64,000 nt of DNA from a virus. Shown one piece after another: positions 57,079-64,000 of this stretch. The translations under genes and the position numbers were made by a program. Below the pieces are notes generated by a model that was not told the origin of the DNA, ran no database searches, and saw only the letters and a program-made list of their open reading frames with translations. Within the stretch, counting starts at the first letter, position 1, and the number at the start of each line of letters is the position of its first letter. The stretch lies in the IMG/VR virus record IMGVR_UViG_3300022700_000278, positions 50,883 through 114,882 of that record; one strand, written 5' to 3'.

Positions 57079-57109
57079 GATTTTTTCTGTTTTAAAAATT
57101 TTTTGTATC

Positions 57110-58102
57110 TTATTCCATTCCTCTTGCTCTCAACGCCTCTTGTCTGAGAAGTTGATAAACTTCTGGATTTTCTCTTAGCCAAGTTTCTGCTCCGGTTACT
57201 CCTTGAGCAATATTTGAATCTTCATACTTATACCAACTGCCACTTTTTGTCATTAGTCCATCTGCCAGTGCAAGATCCAAAACTTCTGAAACGCGGTCAA
57301 CACCTTGTCCAAACTTAATCTTAAGTTCTGTTTGTCGAAATGGTGGGGCAAGTTTGTTTTTTACAATTTTTGCTCTAACCTTAATTCCAGTTGGAGTTTC
57401 TTTGTCTCCTTCTATTCCTGTTCTGGTTAGCTGAATTCGCTGAGAGGCATAAAATTTAAGAGCATTCCCCCCTGATGTTGTTAGGGGAGAACCATACATA
57501 ACACCGACTTTTGATCTTGTTTGGTTAACAAAAATAATGGTTGTGTCGCTACTATTAAGGCTACCTACAAGCCTTCTCATGGCCTGGCTCATCAGTCTAG
57601 CCTGTAAGCCAACATGTGAGTCTCCTGATTCTCCGTCAAGCTCAGCCTTTGGAACTAAAGCAGCGACAGAATCTAACACAACTAGATCTATCATGTTTGA
57701 TCGAGCCATTATGTTTATGATTTCGAGTGCTTCTTCCCCGTATGTTGGTTGAGAAAGAAGTAAACTGTCTACATCGACACCAAGACTTTTAGAGTATAAA
57801 ATATCTAAACCGTGTTCTGTGTCGATATAAGCACAGTTACCGCCGTTTGATTGACATTCTGAAATAGCTTCTAAAGCAAGCGTGGATTTTCCTGTTGACT
57901 CTGCGCCATATATTTCTACCATTCTTCCTTTTGGATATCCGCCAATGCCTAGAATAGTATCTAGGCCTATACTTCCTGTGTGAAGTACTCTCTCGCTGTC
58001 AAAGACAGGTCTTTCGGAAAGACTAGTAATAGATCCCTTTCCAAATTGCTTTGTAATAACTTTTTTTAATACAGATAAATCTTTTTGTGCTTCTTCGTTC
58101 AC
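57110..58102 (-). CDS. recA: recombinase A
   Basis: GAESTGKST, DSVAALVPKAE, GLQARLMSQAMR, GGNALKFYAS and KNKLAPPF motifs. Confidence 0.95.
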   Translation of the reverse strand: MNEEAQKDLSVLKKVITKQFGKGSITSLSERPVFDSERVLHTGSIGLDTILGIGGYPKGRMVEIYGAESTGKSTLALEAISECQSNGGNCAYIDTEHGLDILYSKSLGVDVDSLLLSQPTYGEEALEIINIMARSNMIDLVVLDSVAALVPKAELDGESGDSHVGLQARLMSQAMRRLVGSLNSSDTTIIFVNQTRSKVGVMYGSPLTTSGGNALKFYASQRIQLTRTGIEGDKETPTGIKVRAKIVKNKLAPPFRQTELKIKFGQGVDRVSEVLDLALADGLMTKSGSWYKYEDSNIAQGVTGAETWLRENPEVYQLLRQEALRARGME

Positions 58103-58117
58103 TCTACCCTCCAGGGC

Positions 58118-58318
58118 CTAGTCTTCAAACATATTGCCTGGATATGTTGAAGAGAAAAAACCTTGATCTTTTAATGTGCTTTTAAGTGCTTCTACCTCGT
58201 CTTCTAGTTCGGTAACTCTGTCTTCGTATTCAGAAATTTCATCTTTTAGTCGTTGGTTTAAATCCTCAAGAATCCCAATTTTTATCTCCAGCCGTTTCTG
58301 ATCTTTCACTATGCTCAC
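58118..58318 (-). CDS. small coiled-coil protein
   Basis: Heptad pattern; co-oriented. Confidence 0.55.
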   Translation of the reverse strand: MSIVKDQKRLEIKIGILEDLNQRLKDEISEYEDRVTELEDEVEALKSTLKDQGFFSSTYPGNMFED

Positions 58319-58586
58319 CGTCCCTTATTGCAAGTTCAATTCTTCTCATTAAAAACCAAATAGCCTTAAACAAGTCTAAAACTTTGCCTTTGTTTTTCCA
58401 TCGACAAATGTACTTTACAACATTTGCTTCATGATGACCAAGTCGTTGATCTTCTATAAAGTCTATTGGTTCAATCTCTCCTCTATAATGACGTCTTTCG
58501 TTACCAGGCGATGTTTCTGCTTCAGAAAGATTTTTTTTAACAAAAGCATAAGCTTCATCAAGCAACTTACTGTCTTTGATTTCCAT
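58266..58586 (-). CDS. DUF3310-like protein
   Basis: HY..IEPIDFI..NVVKYICRW..KG..DL.KAIWFL. Confidence 0.8.
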   Translation of the reverse strand: MEIKDSKLLDEAYAFVKKNLSEAETSPGNERRHYRGEIEPIDFIEDQRLGHHEANVVKYICRWKNKGKVLDLFKAIWFLMRRIELAIRDGEHSERSETAGDKNWDS

Positions 58587-59004
58587 GATTAATTCTTTGC
58601 CTTTCTCTACGAGTTTTTAGGGCACTTCTTTTTTGTCTAACTTTTTTCCTTATGTCTTTCCATTGTTGTTTTCGCCACTTATCAATACTTTTTATTTCTC
58701 GCCAATTTCTCAACAAATCTTCTATTGTAATTTCAGTATTGCCAAGTGCTATTGTATAGCCATCTACAAACAAAAAACTGTATGCTGTGTCGGCATAAAA
58801 TTTATCTTCTTCAGAGAGGCTTTCTCCATCTTCATGCATTCTTAGAAATAAAGCCAAATCTTCTTTTGCTTTTGCTATTACCTCCATCCAAAGTAACGTA
58901 ACCCAACTTCTATCTAAGACTTGGTCTCTACTGCCTATATATACTGTTCTGTCGTCTTCGTTTGTAATAGGGCCGGGGTCAATATTGTCGTATCTTTTTG
59001 CCAT
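58567..59004 (-). CDS. hypothetical protein
   Basis: 145-aa co-oriented ORF. Confidence 0.65.
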   Translation of the reverse strand: MAKRYDNIDPGPITNEDDRTVYIGSRDQVLDRSWVTLLWMEVIAKAKEDLALFLRMHEDGESLSEEDKFYADTAYSFLFVDGYTIALGNTEITIEDLLRNWREIKSIDKWRKQQWKDIRKKVRQKRSALKTRRERQRINHGNQRQ

Positions 59005-59035
59005 AAACTCTTGTTACTAGGATAGAGAGAGAATG

Positions 59036-61447
59036 TCAAGCACAACCTGTTGTTTCTCCACAAGTCGGACAATAATGACAGGTTCCATTTCTAAGCGTAA
59101 TGCTTCCGCAATTGGTGCAAGGTGGACCAGAAGCATCTACTTCTTTTATCGGTTCGGAAGAATATGTGTTTGCCGGTAAAACTGCTTCATTTTCGTCGTC
59201 ATCACAAAATTGCTGTGCAAGCCATCTAAAGATGTAGTCCATAATACTACTAGTTATAGGAATGTCTTCATTATCTGTAAAGCCTTGTGGATCAAATTTA
59301 GTTTGAACCATTTTGTCCACCATCACTTCTAGCGGAACTCCATATTGCAACGCAAGAGAGACCATAATGGCAAAAGAGTCCATTAGTCCAGAGATAGTAC
59401 TTCCTTGTTTTTGCATTCTAAGGAATAATTCTCCTACAGAACCATCTTCGTATATGCCAGGCTGGATAAAGCCTTTAAAGCCGCTAATATTGAAAGCATG
59501 TGTTAAGCTTTGTCTGGTTTGAGAAAGTTTCTTTCTTACCGGTTGCCATTGAAGTTCTTCAACTTCTTCTTCTAACTCTTTGTTATCTTCTTCGATTTTT
59601 GTTAGTGGCTGAAGATTTTTGCTTCCATCCCTATAAATAGTAACTGCCTTTAGGCCTTTTTTCCAAGCATACATGTAAGCTTCTTCTACATCTGTCATTA
59701 AGGCGTCATTTGGTAAGTTTACCGTTTTTGAAATACTGCCATTCAAATGTTTTTGTGCAGCAGCAACCATGTCTATATGTTCTTTCCATGTAATTTCATT
59801 AGCAGTTTTAAAAATTTCTATTTCTGCAGGAGAAAGGTCTTCTAGTCCATCTTTTTCTAGAGAAGACAATGTATTTTGAACACAATGAGGAGTGAATGAC
59901 ATAGTCCCACCACCAGACAAAGTCTTTAATGTCTGCAGAGAAAAAAGCGGTTCTATGCCAGTAGTATCACACCCCATTAAAATGCTTATTGTTCCTGTCG
60001 GAGCTAACAAGGTTAGCTGAGAATTTCTAAGAGCGTTGGTTTTTGAAACCTTATCTGCTAATCTTGGCGAGCCTGTTAATTTTTTAATTAAAGTTATATT
60101 TTGTGCTTTGTTTTCTTCAAAGGCAGGAAAAGATCCTTTCTTTATTCCAAGAGCGTGACTTTGTTCGTAAGCACAACAAGTCATTGTTTTAGTAATTTGA
60201 GATGTGGCTTCGCATGCCCTAGAAGAACCGTAAGGTATTTTTCCTTGCATTAACAATGCACCTAGGTTTGTATATCCTAGTCCTAAAGGACGAGTTTCGT
60301 GAGTTGTCTTTGTAATTTCTGCAGTAGGATAACTAGATGCATCAATTAAAATATCCATTGCAGTTATCATGATTTTAATATCTTGTTCAAAAAGATCTAT
60401 AAGAAGCAAGCTTTCAGAAGAAGGATCAGCATATTTTATAAGATTAAGACTAGCCAAATTACATGCAGAATTATTTATAGCAGATAATTCTCCGCATGGA
60501 TTTGTAGATAAAATATTTCCTCTTTTTGGTACTGGGTTGTCGACATTCATGCGATCGTGGAATTGAATTCCAGGATCTCCTGTTTCCCAGGCCATTTTAG
60601 TTGCTTGGCGAAAGACATATCGTGCTGACGTAAGCTGTTTTTCTTTGTCTCCTCTATTGATTAGTGCCCATTCTTTGTCGTTTTCGACGGCACTCATAAA
60701 ATCATCAGTTACTCTAATTGAATGATTCGCATTTTGGAAGGACACTGTCTGATAAGCTTCTTCTGGAGAAACTCCGTTCTCTATAAGAATGTTAGCTTTG
60801 TCTTCTTCTTCCCTTTTGCAGTCGATAAAGTCTAGGATGTCAGGATGGTCTGCATCCATACAAATAAGCACAGCACTTCTTCTGGTTCGTCCGCCACTTC
60901 TAATAGAGCCTGCGCAAGCATCCCACATTTTCATAAAAGAAAGTGGGCCGCTGGTAACTCCTCGGTTTGATAAAAGCTCTCCGCATGCTCTAAGTTTACT
61001 TACATTCAATCCTACTCCTGATCCTTGTTTAAAAATTCTTCCTGCTCGAGTTGTATGTTGCAAGATATCTTCCATTGTGTCTTCTACAGGAAGAATAAAA
61101 CATGCAGCACACTGAGGGTTCTCAATGAGCCCTGCATTAAACCAGGTGGGAGAGTTAAACGCTGCTCGTTGATTTATTAAGATATCCTTTAGTTTATCTT
61201 TAAACGAGGAAGCATCAAGATTTAGGATAGGAAAGTAGTCTTGTTTTTCTCCTTGCTCAGTAATCCAATTAACGACTCGATCAATAATTTGAATAGCACT
61301 TGTTTCTCCTCCAGTAGCATATTTGCTAGCGGCTATAATAGCAGAGGAGTCGCTCCAATTGGCTGGGATTTCAAAATTATCTTGTCGAAAAACTACTTCA
61401 TCAGTTTGCTGGTTCTTAATTAAAACATCAACCCTACGTGTTTCCAT
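59036..61447 (-). CDS. nrdJ: class II (adenosylcobalamin-dependent) ribonucleotide reductase with a C-terminal TSCPD-like/Zn region
   Basis: FNSPTWFNAG, ACFIL, TNPCGE, ACNLASLNL, LAPTGTIS, ISKTVN, YRDGSK and CTNC..CPTCG motifs. Confidence 0.9.
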   Translation of the reverse strand: METRRVDVLIKNQQTDEVVFRQDNFEIPANWSDSSAIIAASKYATGGETSAIQIIDRVVNWITEQGEKQDYFPILNLDASSFKDKLKDILINQRAAFNSPTWFNAGLIENPQCAACFILPVEDTMEDILQHTTRAGRIFKQGSGVGLNVSKLRACGELLSNRGVTSGPLSFMKMWDACAGSIRSGGRTRRSAVLICMDADHPDILDFIDCKREEEDKANILIENGVSPEEAYQTVSFQNANHSIRVTDDFMSAVENDKEWALINRGDKEKQLTSARYVFRQATKMAWETGDPGIQFHDRMNVDNPVPKRGNILSTNPCGELSAINNSACNLASLNLIKYADPSSESLLLIDLFEQDIKIMITAMDILIDASSYPTAEITKTTHETRPLGLGYTNLGALLMQGKIPYGSSRACEATSQITKTMTCCAYEQSHALGIKKGSFPAFEENKAQNITLIKKLTGSPRLADKVSKTNALRNSQLTLLAPTGTISILMGCDTTGIEPLFSLQTLKTLSGGGTMSFTPHCVQNTLSSLEKDGLEDLSPAEIEIFKTANEITWKEHIDMVAAAQKHLNGSISKTVNLPNDALMTDVEEAYMYAWKKGLKAVTIYRDGSKNLQPLTKIEEDNKELEEEVEELQWQPVRKKLSQTRQSLTHAFNISGFKGFIQPGIYEDGSVGELFLRMQKQGSTISGLMDSFAIMVSLALQYGVPLEVMVDKMVQTKFDPQGFTDNEDIPITSSIMDYIFRWLAQQFCDDDENEAVLPANTYSSEPIKEVDASGPPCTNCGSITLRNGTCHYCPTCGETTGCA

Positions 61448-61451
61448 TTAA

Positions 61452-62006
61452 TCACGACCCCTTGTTTTCTTTTCCTTCTTTGACAACGAAATCTCTTTGA
61501 ATTCGAGCATCTCCAGAAAGAGCATATCCTATTAACTCTAAGTGCTTTCTAACCTCAGAAAGAAGTATACATGTTTTATGCCAAAATTCAGAAACTATTT
61601 TTTGATTTGACAAAGCTTCTTCTATGTCTTTGATTTCTAATAATGCTGCTGCTTTGCACGAATCTGCTGCAAGACGTTTTCCATATGTTTCTTGATGTTC
61701 ACGGCGAACTTGATTGTAAGCGCTGTTGTATTTGTTAATTTTAGCTTGTTCTAATATAGCTAACTGTGTGTTTTCTTTATCTCGATAAAATGCAGCTTCT
61801 TGGTGTTTTTTACAAATTTCTAAACTCTTTTGTATTAAAGTGGAAAAATTAATGTCTTCTGGAAAACTAACATGAAAGTGCTTTCTCCATTGACGAAGTG
61901 TTTTCCCTTCAATAACAAGATTTTTGTCTAGAAATTCTGACAAGTCAGCATTAAACTCTTTTGCTCCTTCTATCGAAGAAGCAACATTGTCTAGTTCTTC
62001 TCTCAT
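61452..62006 (-). CDS. helical hypothetical protein
   Basis: 184-aa helical ORF. Confidence 0.65.
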   Translation of the reverse strand: MREELDNVASSIEGAKEFNADLSEFLDKNLVIEGKTLRQWRKHFHVSFPEDINFSTLIQKSLEICKKHQEAAFYRDKENTQLAILEQAKINKYNSAYNQVRREHQETYGKRLAADSCKAAALLEIKDIEEALSNQKIVSEFWHKTCILLSEVRKHLELIGYALSGDARIQRDFVVKEGKENKGS

Positions 62007-62083
62007 TTTTACTTTTGTCCTTTTTGCTTGTTGCTGATTCGTTGGTCGTCAGGGGTGGTTGTAATTTCTCTACTTATATTATC

Positions 62084-62599
62084 TTATTCCTCTATCACCA
62101 AATGTAAATCTCCCTTGGTAATTTCTATGCGCCCACCGCCAAGCAAGTCCCTTACTTTCCTCAAATAATCTATTGTATCTTCTGGAATTATAATGTCAGC
62201 CTTTTTGCTATTTCCTATGGAGGTATTTTCTCGTACAACAACAGCTTCTATATTTTCCTCTGGAACTTCTTCCTTGGTAGAAGCTTTGTTTATTAGTTCT
62301 GCAACATTTTTTAGTGTCTCAAAAGCTTTTTTTCTCGCCGCTATATTTTCACTTTTTGCATCAAGATCTTTTGTAGGAGGCAATTTAAAAATATTTTCTC
62401 CAGATAGGTACCTTCTTGCTTTGCCAAAAGCAAGACCGTATCCCGTCTCATGTTTTATTTCTCCGTATGAAGCTACATCTATTATATTTATGGAAAGACT
62501 CTGATTCTTCAAGAGCTTCTGTAAAGCAAGAGTCATCTTTTTAATAAGTTTTTTTGATTCTTTGTCTATTTTCCATTTATAAAAAGTAACTTTTATCAT
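62084..62599 (-). CDS. hypothetical protein
   Basis: 171-aa ORF with a TAATG junction. Confidence 0.65.
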   Translation of the reverse strand: MIKVTFYKWKIDKESKKLIKKMTLALQKLLKNQSLSINIIDVASYGEIKHETGYGLAFGKARRYLSGENIFKLPPTKDLDAKSENIAARKKAFETLKNVAELINKASTKEEVPEENIEAVVVRENTSIGNSKKADIIIPEDTIDYLRKVRDLLGGGRIEITKGDLHLVIEE

Positions 62600-62937
62600 T
62601 AGCTTCCTGCTCTTGGTTGGCTTGGTAACGAGTCATCATACCCTGGTTTCTTTGGAAGGCTTTTAGGTCTAAAATCTCTTATCCATCGTGTTTCACCCAC
62701 CACCCAAATTGGACGAATTTCTACACCACCATCACTAAGTTCTTTAACAGCCTCTGCGTGTTGTATTATATGACATAAATCAGCTTGTTCTTCATAATAC
62801 TGATCTGAGTAGTACTGTTCCTCTTGATAACTATAATAGTCGTCCATGCACAGATCACAAGGGTAAGATCCTTGATGGTCAGGGTGTACTTCACAACATC
62901 CAGGTCTCAGGTGGCTTCCATAAATATCAAATGCCAT
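62599..62937 (-). CDS. small Cys/His-motif hypothetical protein
   Basis: CCEVHP..YPCDLC; TAATG junctions. Confidence 0.65.
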   Translation of the reverse strand: MAFDIYGSHLRPGCCEVHPDHQGSYPCDLCMDDYYSYQEEQYYSDQYYEEQADLCHIIQHAEAVKELSDGGVEIRPIWVVGETRWIRDFRPKSLPKKPGYDDSLPSQPRAGS

Positions 62938-63152
62938 TATTTCCTCTGCAACGAGTCTAGATATTCATGATCCTCGTCTGTTAGATATTTTATCCAGATG
63001 TGGTCCAAGGTGTCCTGAAATTTATCATACATATGAGGTACACCATCCTTTTCTAAGCAGTCTAAACACAAATCTATCCGCTTTGTTTCTGGTTTGCTAA
63101 TTATAGAAGGCTCCCCATCTCTTTTCGCTAATAGATGTAAATATATATCCAA
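62937..63152 (-). CDS. hypothetical protein (start uncertain)
   Basis: CLDC motif; the start may lie upstream at ATA 63176. Confidence 0.55.
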   Translation of the reverse strand: MDIYLHLLAKRDGEPSIISKPETKRIDLCLDCLEKDGVPHMYDKFQDTLDHIWIKYLTDEDHEYLDSLQRK

Positions 63153-63179
63153 CCATTCTGATTCTGGTTTATTTATTTC

Positions 63180-63539
63180 CTACTCCTTGACAAGCTCAAT
63201 GCTAAACTCTTCTACTTTTCCAGGCCACTCGTGATTGTCATTCATAAAAACAATCTCTACGAACTCTCTAAAAGTAGCGGCACCATATTCTGACTCTCCA
63301 ATGGAATTATAAATCTCTCGAAGAATCTTTTCATTTGAAAAATTAGAATTAGCATGCTTCTTTACATACTCTTTCATAGCTTGATGCTCAGGCTCCTTAT
63401 TTAAATCTTTGTCCATCCATTCGCTCCAGTTTAGGTACATGTCGAGCATGTAGGACTGTGACACCTTCTCTTCTACTATTCTTGTAATTTTATATAACTT
63501 TTCTTCTTTTTTTTCTTCTGACTTAAGATTAATTTTCAT
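63180..63539 (-). CDS. hypothetical protein
   Basis: GAGGAG RBS before ATG 63539 (MKINLK). The upstream Ala/Thr-repeat extension in the track is probably not translated. Confidence 0.65.
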   Translation of the reverse strand: MKINLKSEEKKEEKLYKITRIVEEKVSQSYMLDMYLNWSEWMDKDLNKEPEHQAMKEYVKKHANSNFSNEKILREIYNSIGESEYGAATFREFVEIVFMNDNHEWPGKVEEFSIELVKE

Positions 63540-63603
63540 TTTCTTGCTCCTCTTGTTGGAATTGTTTTCGTTGTCAATCGTCTTCTCGTTCAAAGTCTCT
63601 ACC

Positions 63604-63939
63604 TCAGGCGCACTCAAAACCATATCCATCTCCGGATCCCTCTCCGTAGAGGGAGCCGTAGCCGTAGCCGTCGCCGGAGCCGTAGCCGGAGCCGGAGCCG
63701 TCGCCGTCGCCGTAGCCGTAGCCGAAGCTGAAGCCGAAGCCGGAGCCGTAGCCGTCGCCGTAGCCGTCGCCGTTGCCGTAGCCGTAGCCGTAGCCGTAGC
63801 CGTCGCCGTAGCCGTCGCCGTAGCCGTCGCCGTAGCCGTCGCTGTCGCCGTCGCTGTCGCCGGAGCCGTCGCCGTAGCCGTAGCCGTAGCCGAAGCCGGA
63901 GCCGTAGCCGAAGTCGTTATTGTTCTCTTCATATAGCAT
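63604..63939 (-). CDS. Gly/Tyr/Asp/Ser-repeat protein
   Basis: (G-x)n repeat from hexamers GGCTAC/GGCGAC/GGCTCC; TAATG-coupled start. Confidence 0.65.
   Translation of the reverse strand: MLYEENNNDFGYGSGFGYGYGYGDGSGDSDGDSDGYGDGYGDGYGDGYGYGYGYGNGDGYGDGYGSGFGFSFGYGYGDGDGSGSGYGSGDGYGYGSLYGEGSGDGYGFECA
63655..63912. repeat. degenerate hexanucleotide tandem repeat (GCCGTA/GCCGTC/GCCGGA)
   Basis: Read directly; a GC-rich tract in an AT-rich background. Confidence 0.95.
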
Positions 63940-63995
63940 TAATCTGCCTCGCCATCGTCGTAGCCGTAGTCGTCCTTAGAGCTTTCATATGCCAT
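63939..63995 (-). CDS. 18-aa mini-ORF related to the Gly-rich gene
   Basis: MAYESSKDDYGYDDGEAD*, with a TGATG junction upstream and TAATG downstream. Confidence 0.45.
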   Translation of the reverse strand: MAYESSKDDYGYDDGEAD

Positions 63996-64000
63996 CAACC

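Noticed and set aside
63655-63912. CRISPR array
   Set aside because: It is a continuous 6-bp periodic repeat with no unique spacers.
63180-63936. 250-aa Ala/Thr-repeat ORF and antisense Val/Ala ORF
   Set aside because: These are alternative readings of the hexamer repeat. The Gly frame has a coupled start, and the downstream gene has its own RBS at 63539.
1-64000. Stop-codon reassignment (many TAG-ending genes are in frame with the next gene, e.g. 17379/17392, 46932/46919, 54715/54705, 58118/58102)
   Set aside because: TAA-ending genes show the same pattern, and out-of-frame neighbours simply overlap instead. Long genes are intact under code 11, and most downstream genes have their own RBS.
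1-64000. CTAG appears frequent
   Set aside because: A rough count in the first 2 kb is near random expectation. It is not avoided, but enrichment cannot be claimed without computation.

Overview
This window is a gene-dense 64-kb piece of a large tailed (probably jumbo, contractile-tailed) phage genome using the standard genetic code. I found no rRNA, tRNA, CRISPR array or IS element. It has two convergent arms that meet at about 32.6 kb. The + arm (1-32582) is a virion module: baseplate-like proteins, large Ig/FN3-containing proteins, three paralogous coiled-coil/beta-sandwich proteins, tail-fibre and beta-helix proteins, and finally a DEDDh exonuclease. The - arm (32614-64000) carries a glycan-modification cluster (LegC/DegT aminotransferase, acyltransferase, two sulfotransferase-like genes, three GT9-like glycosyltransferase genes). 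It also carries a sigma-factor-like gene, several PD-(D/E)XK nucleases, a DnaG-DnaB fusion, DnaE, two ClpP-like proteases, an HldE/RfaE-type nucleotidyltransferase, an N6-adenine methyltransferase, a NUDIX protein, RecA, class II RNR and Gly/Tyr/Asp-repeat mini-genes. Three things stand out. (1) A GC-rich block at 14.7-18.8 kb holds three homologous adhesin-like genes. Each has a short AT-rich phage-style leader that switches to GC-rich sequence at a nucleotide block shared between copies, like a cassette array built by recombination at a conserved motif. (2) The phage may encode an ADP-heptose/GT9/sulfation pathway for decorating virions or host surface glycans. (3) A short beta-strand motif recurs at the termini of consecutive virion proteins. 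All product calls come from motif recognition by eye. No database search was run, and GC statements are visual estimates.
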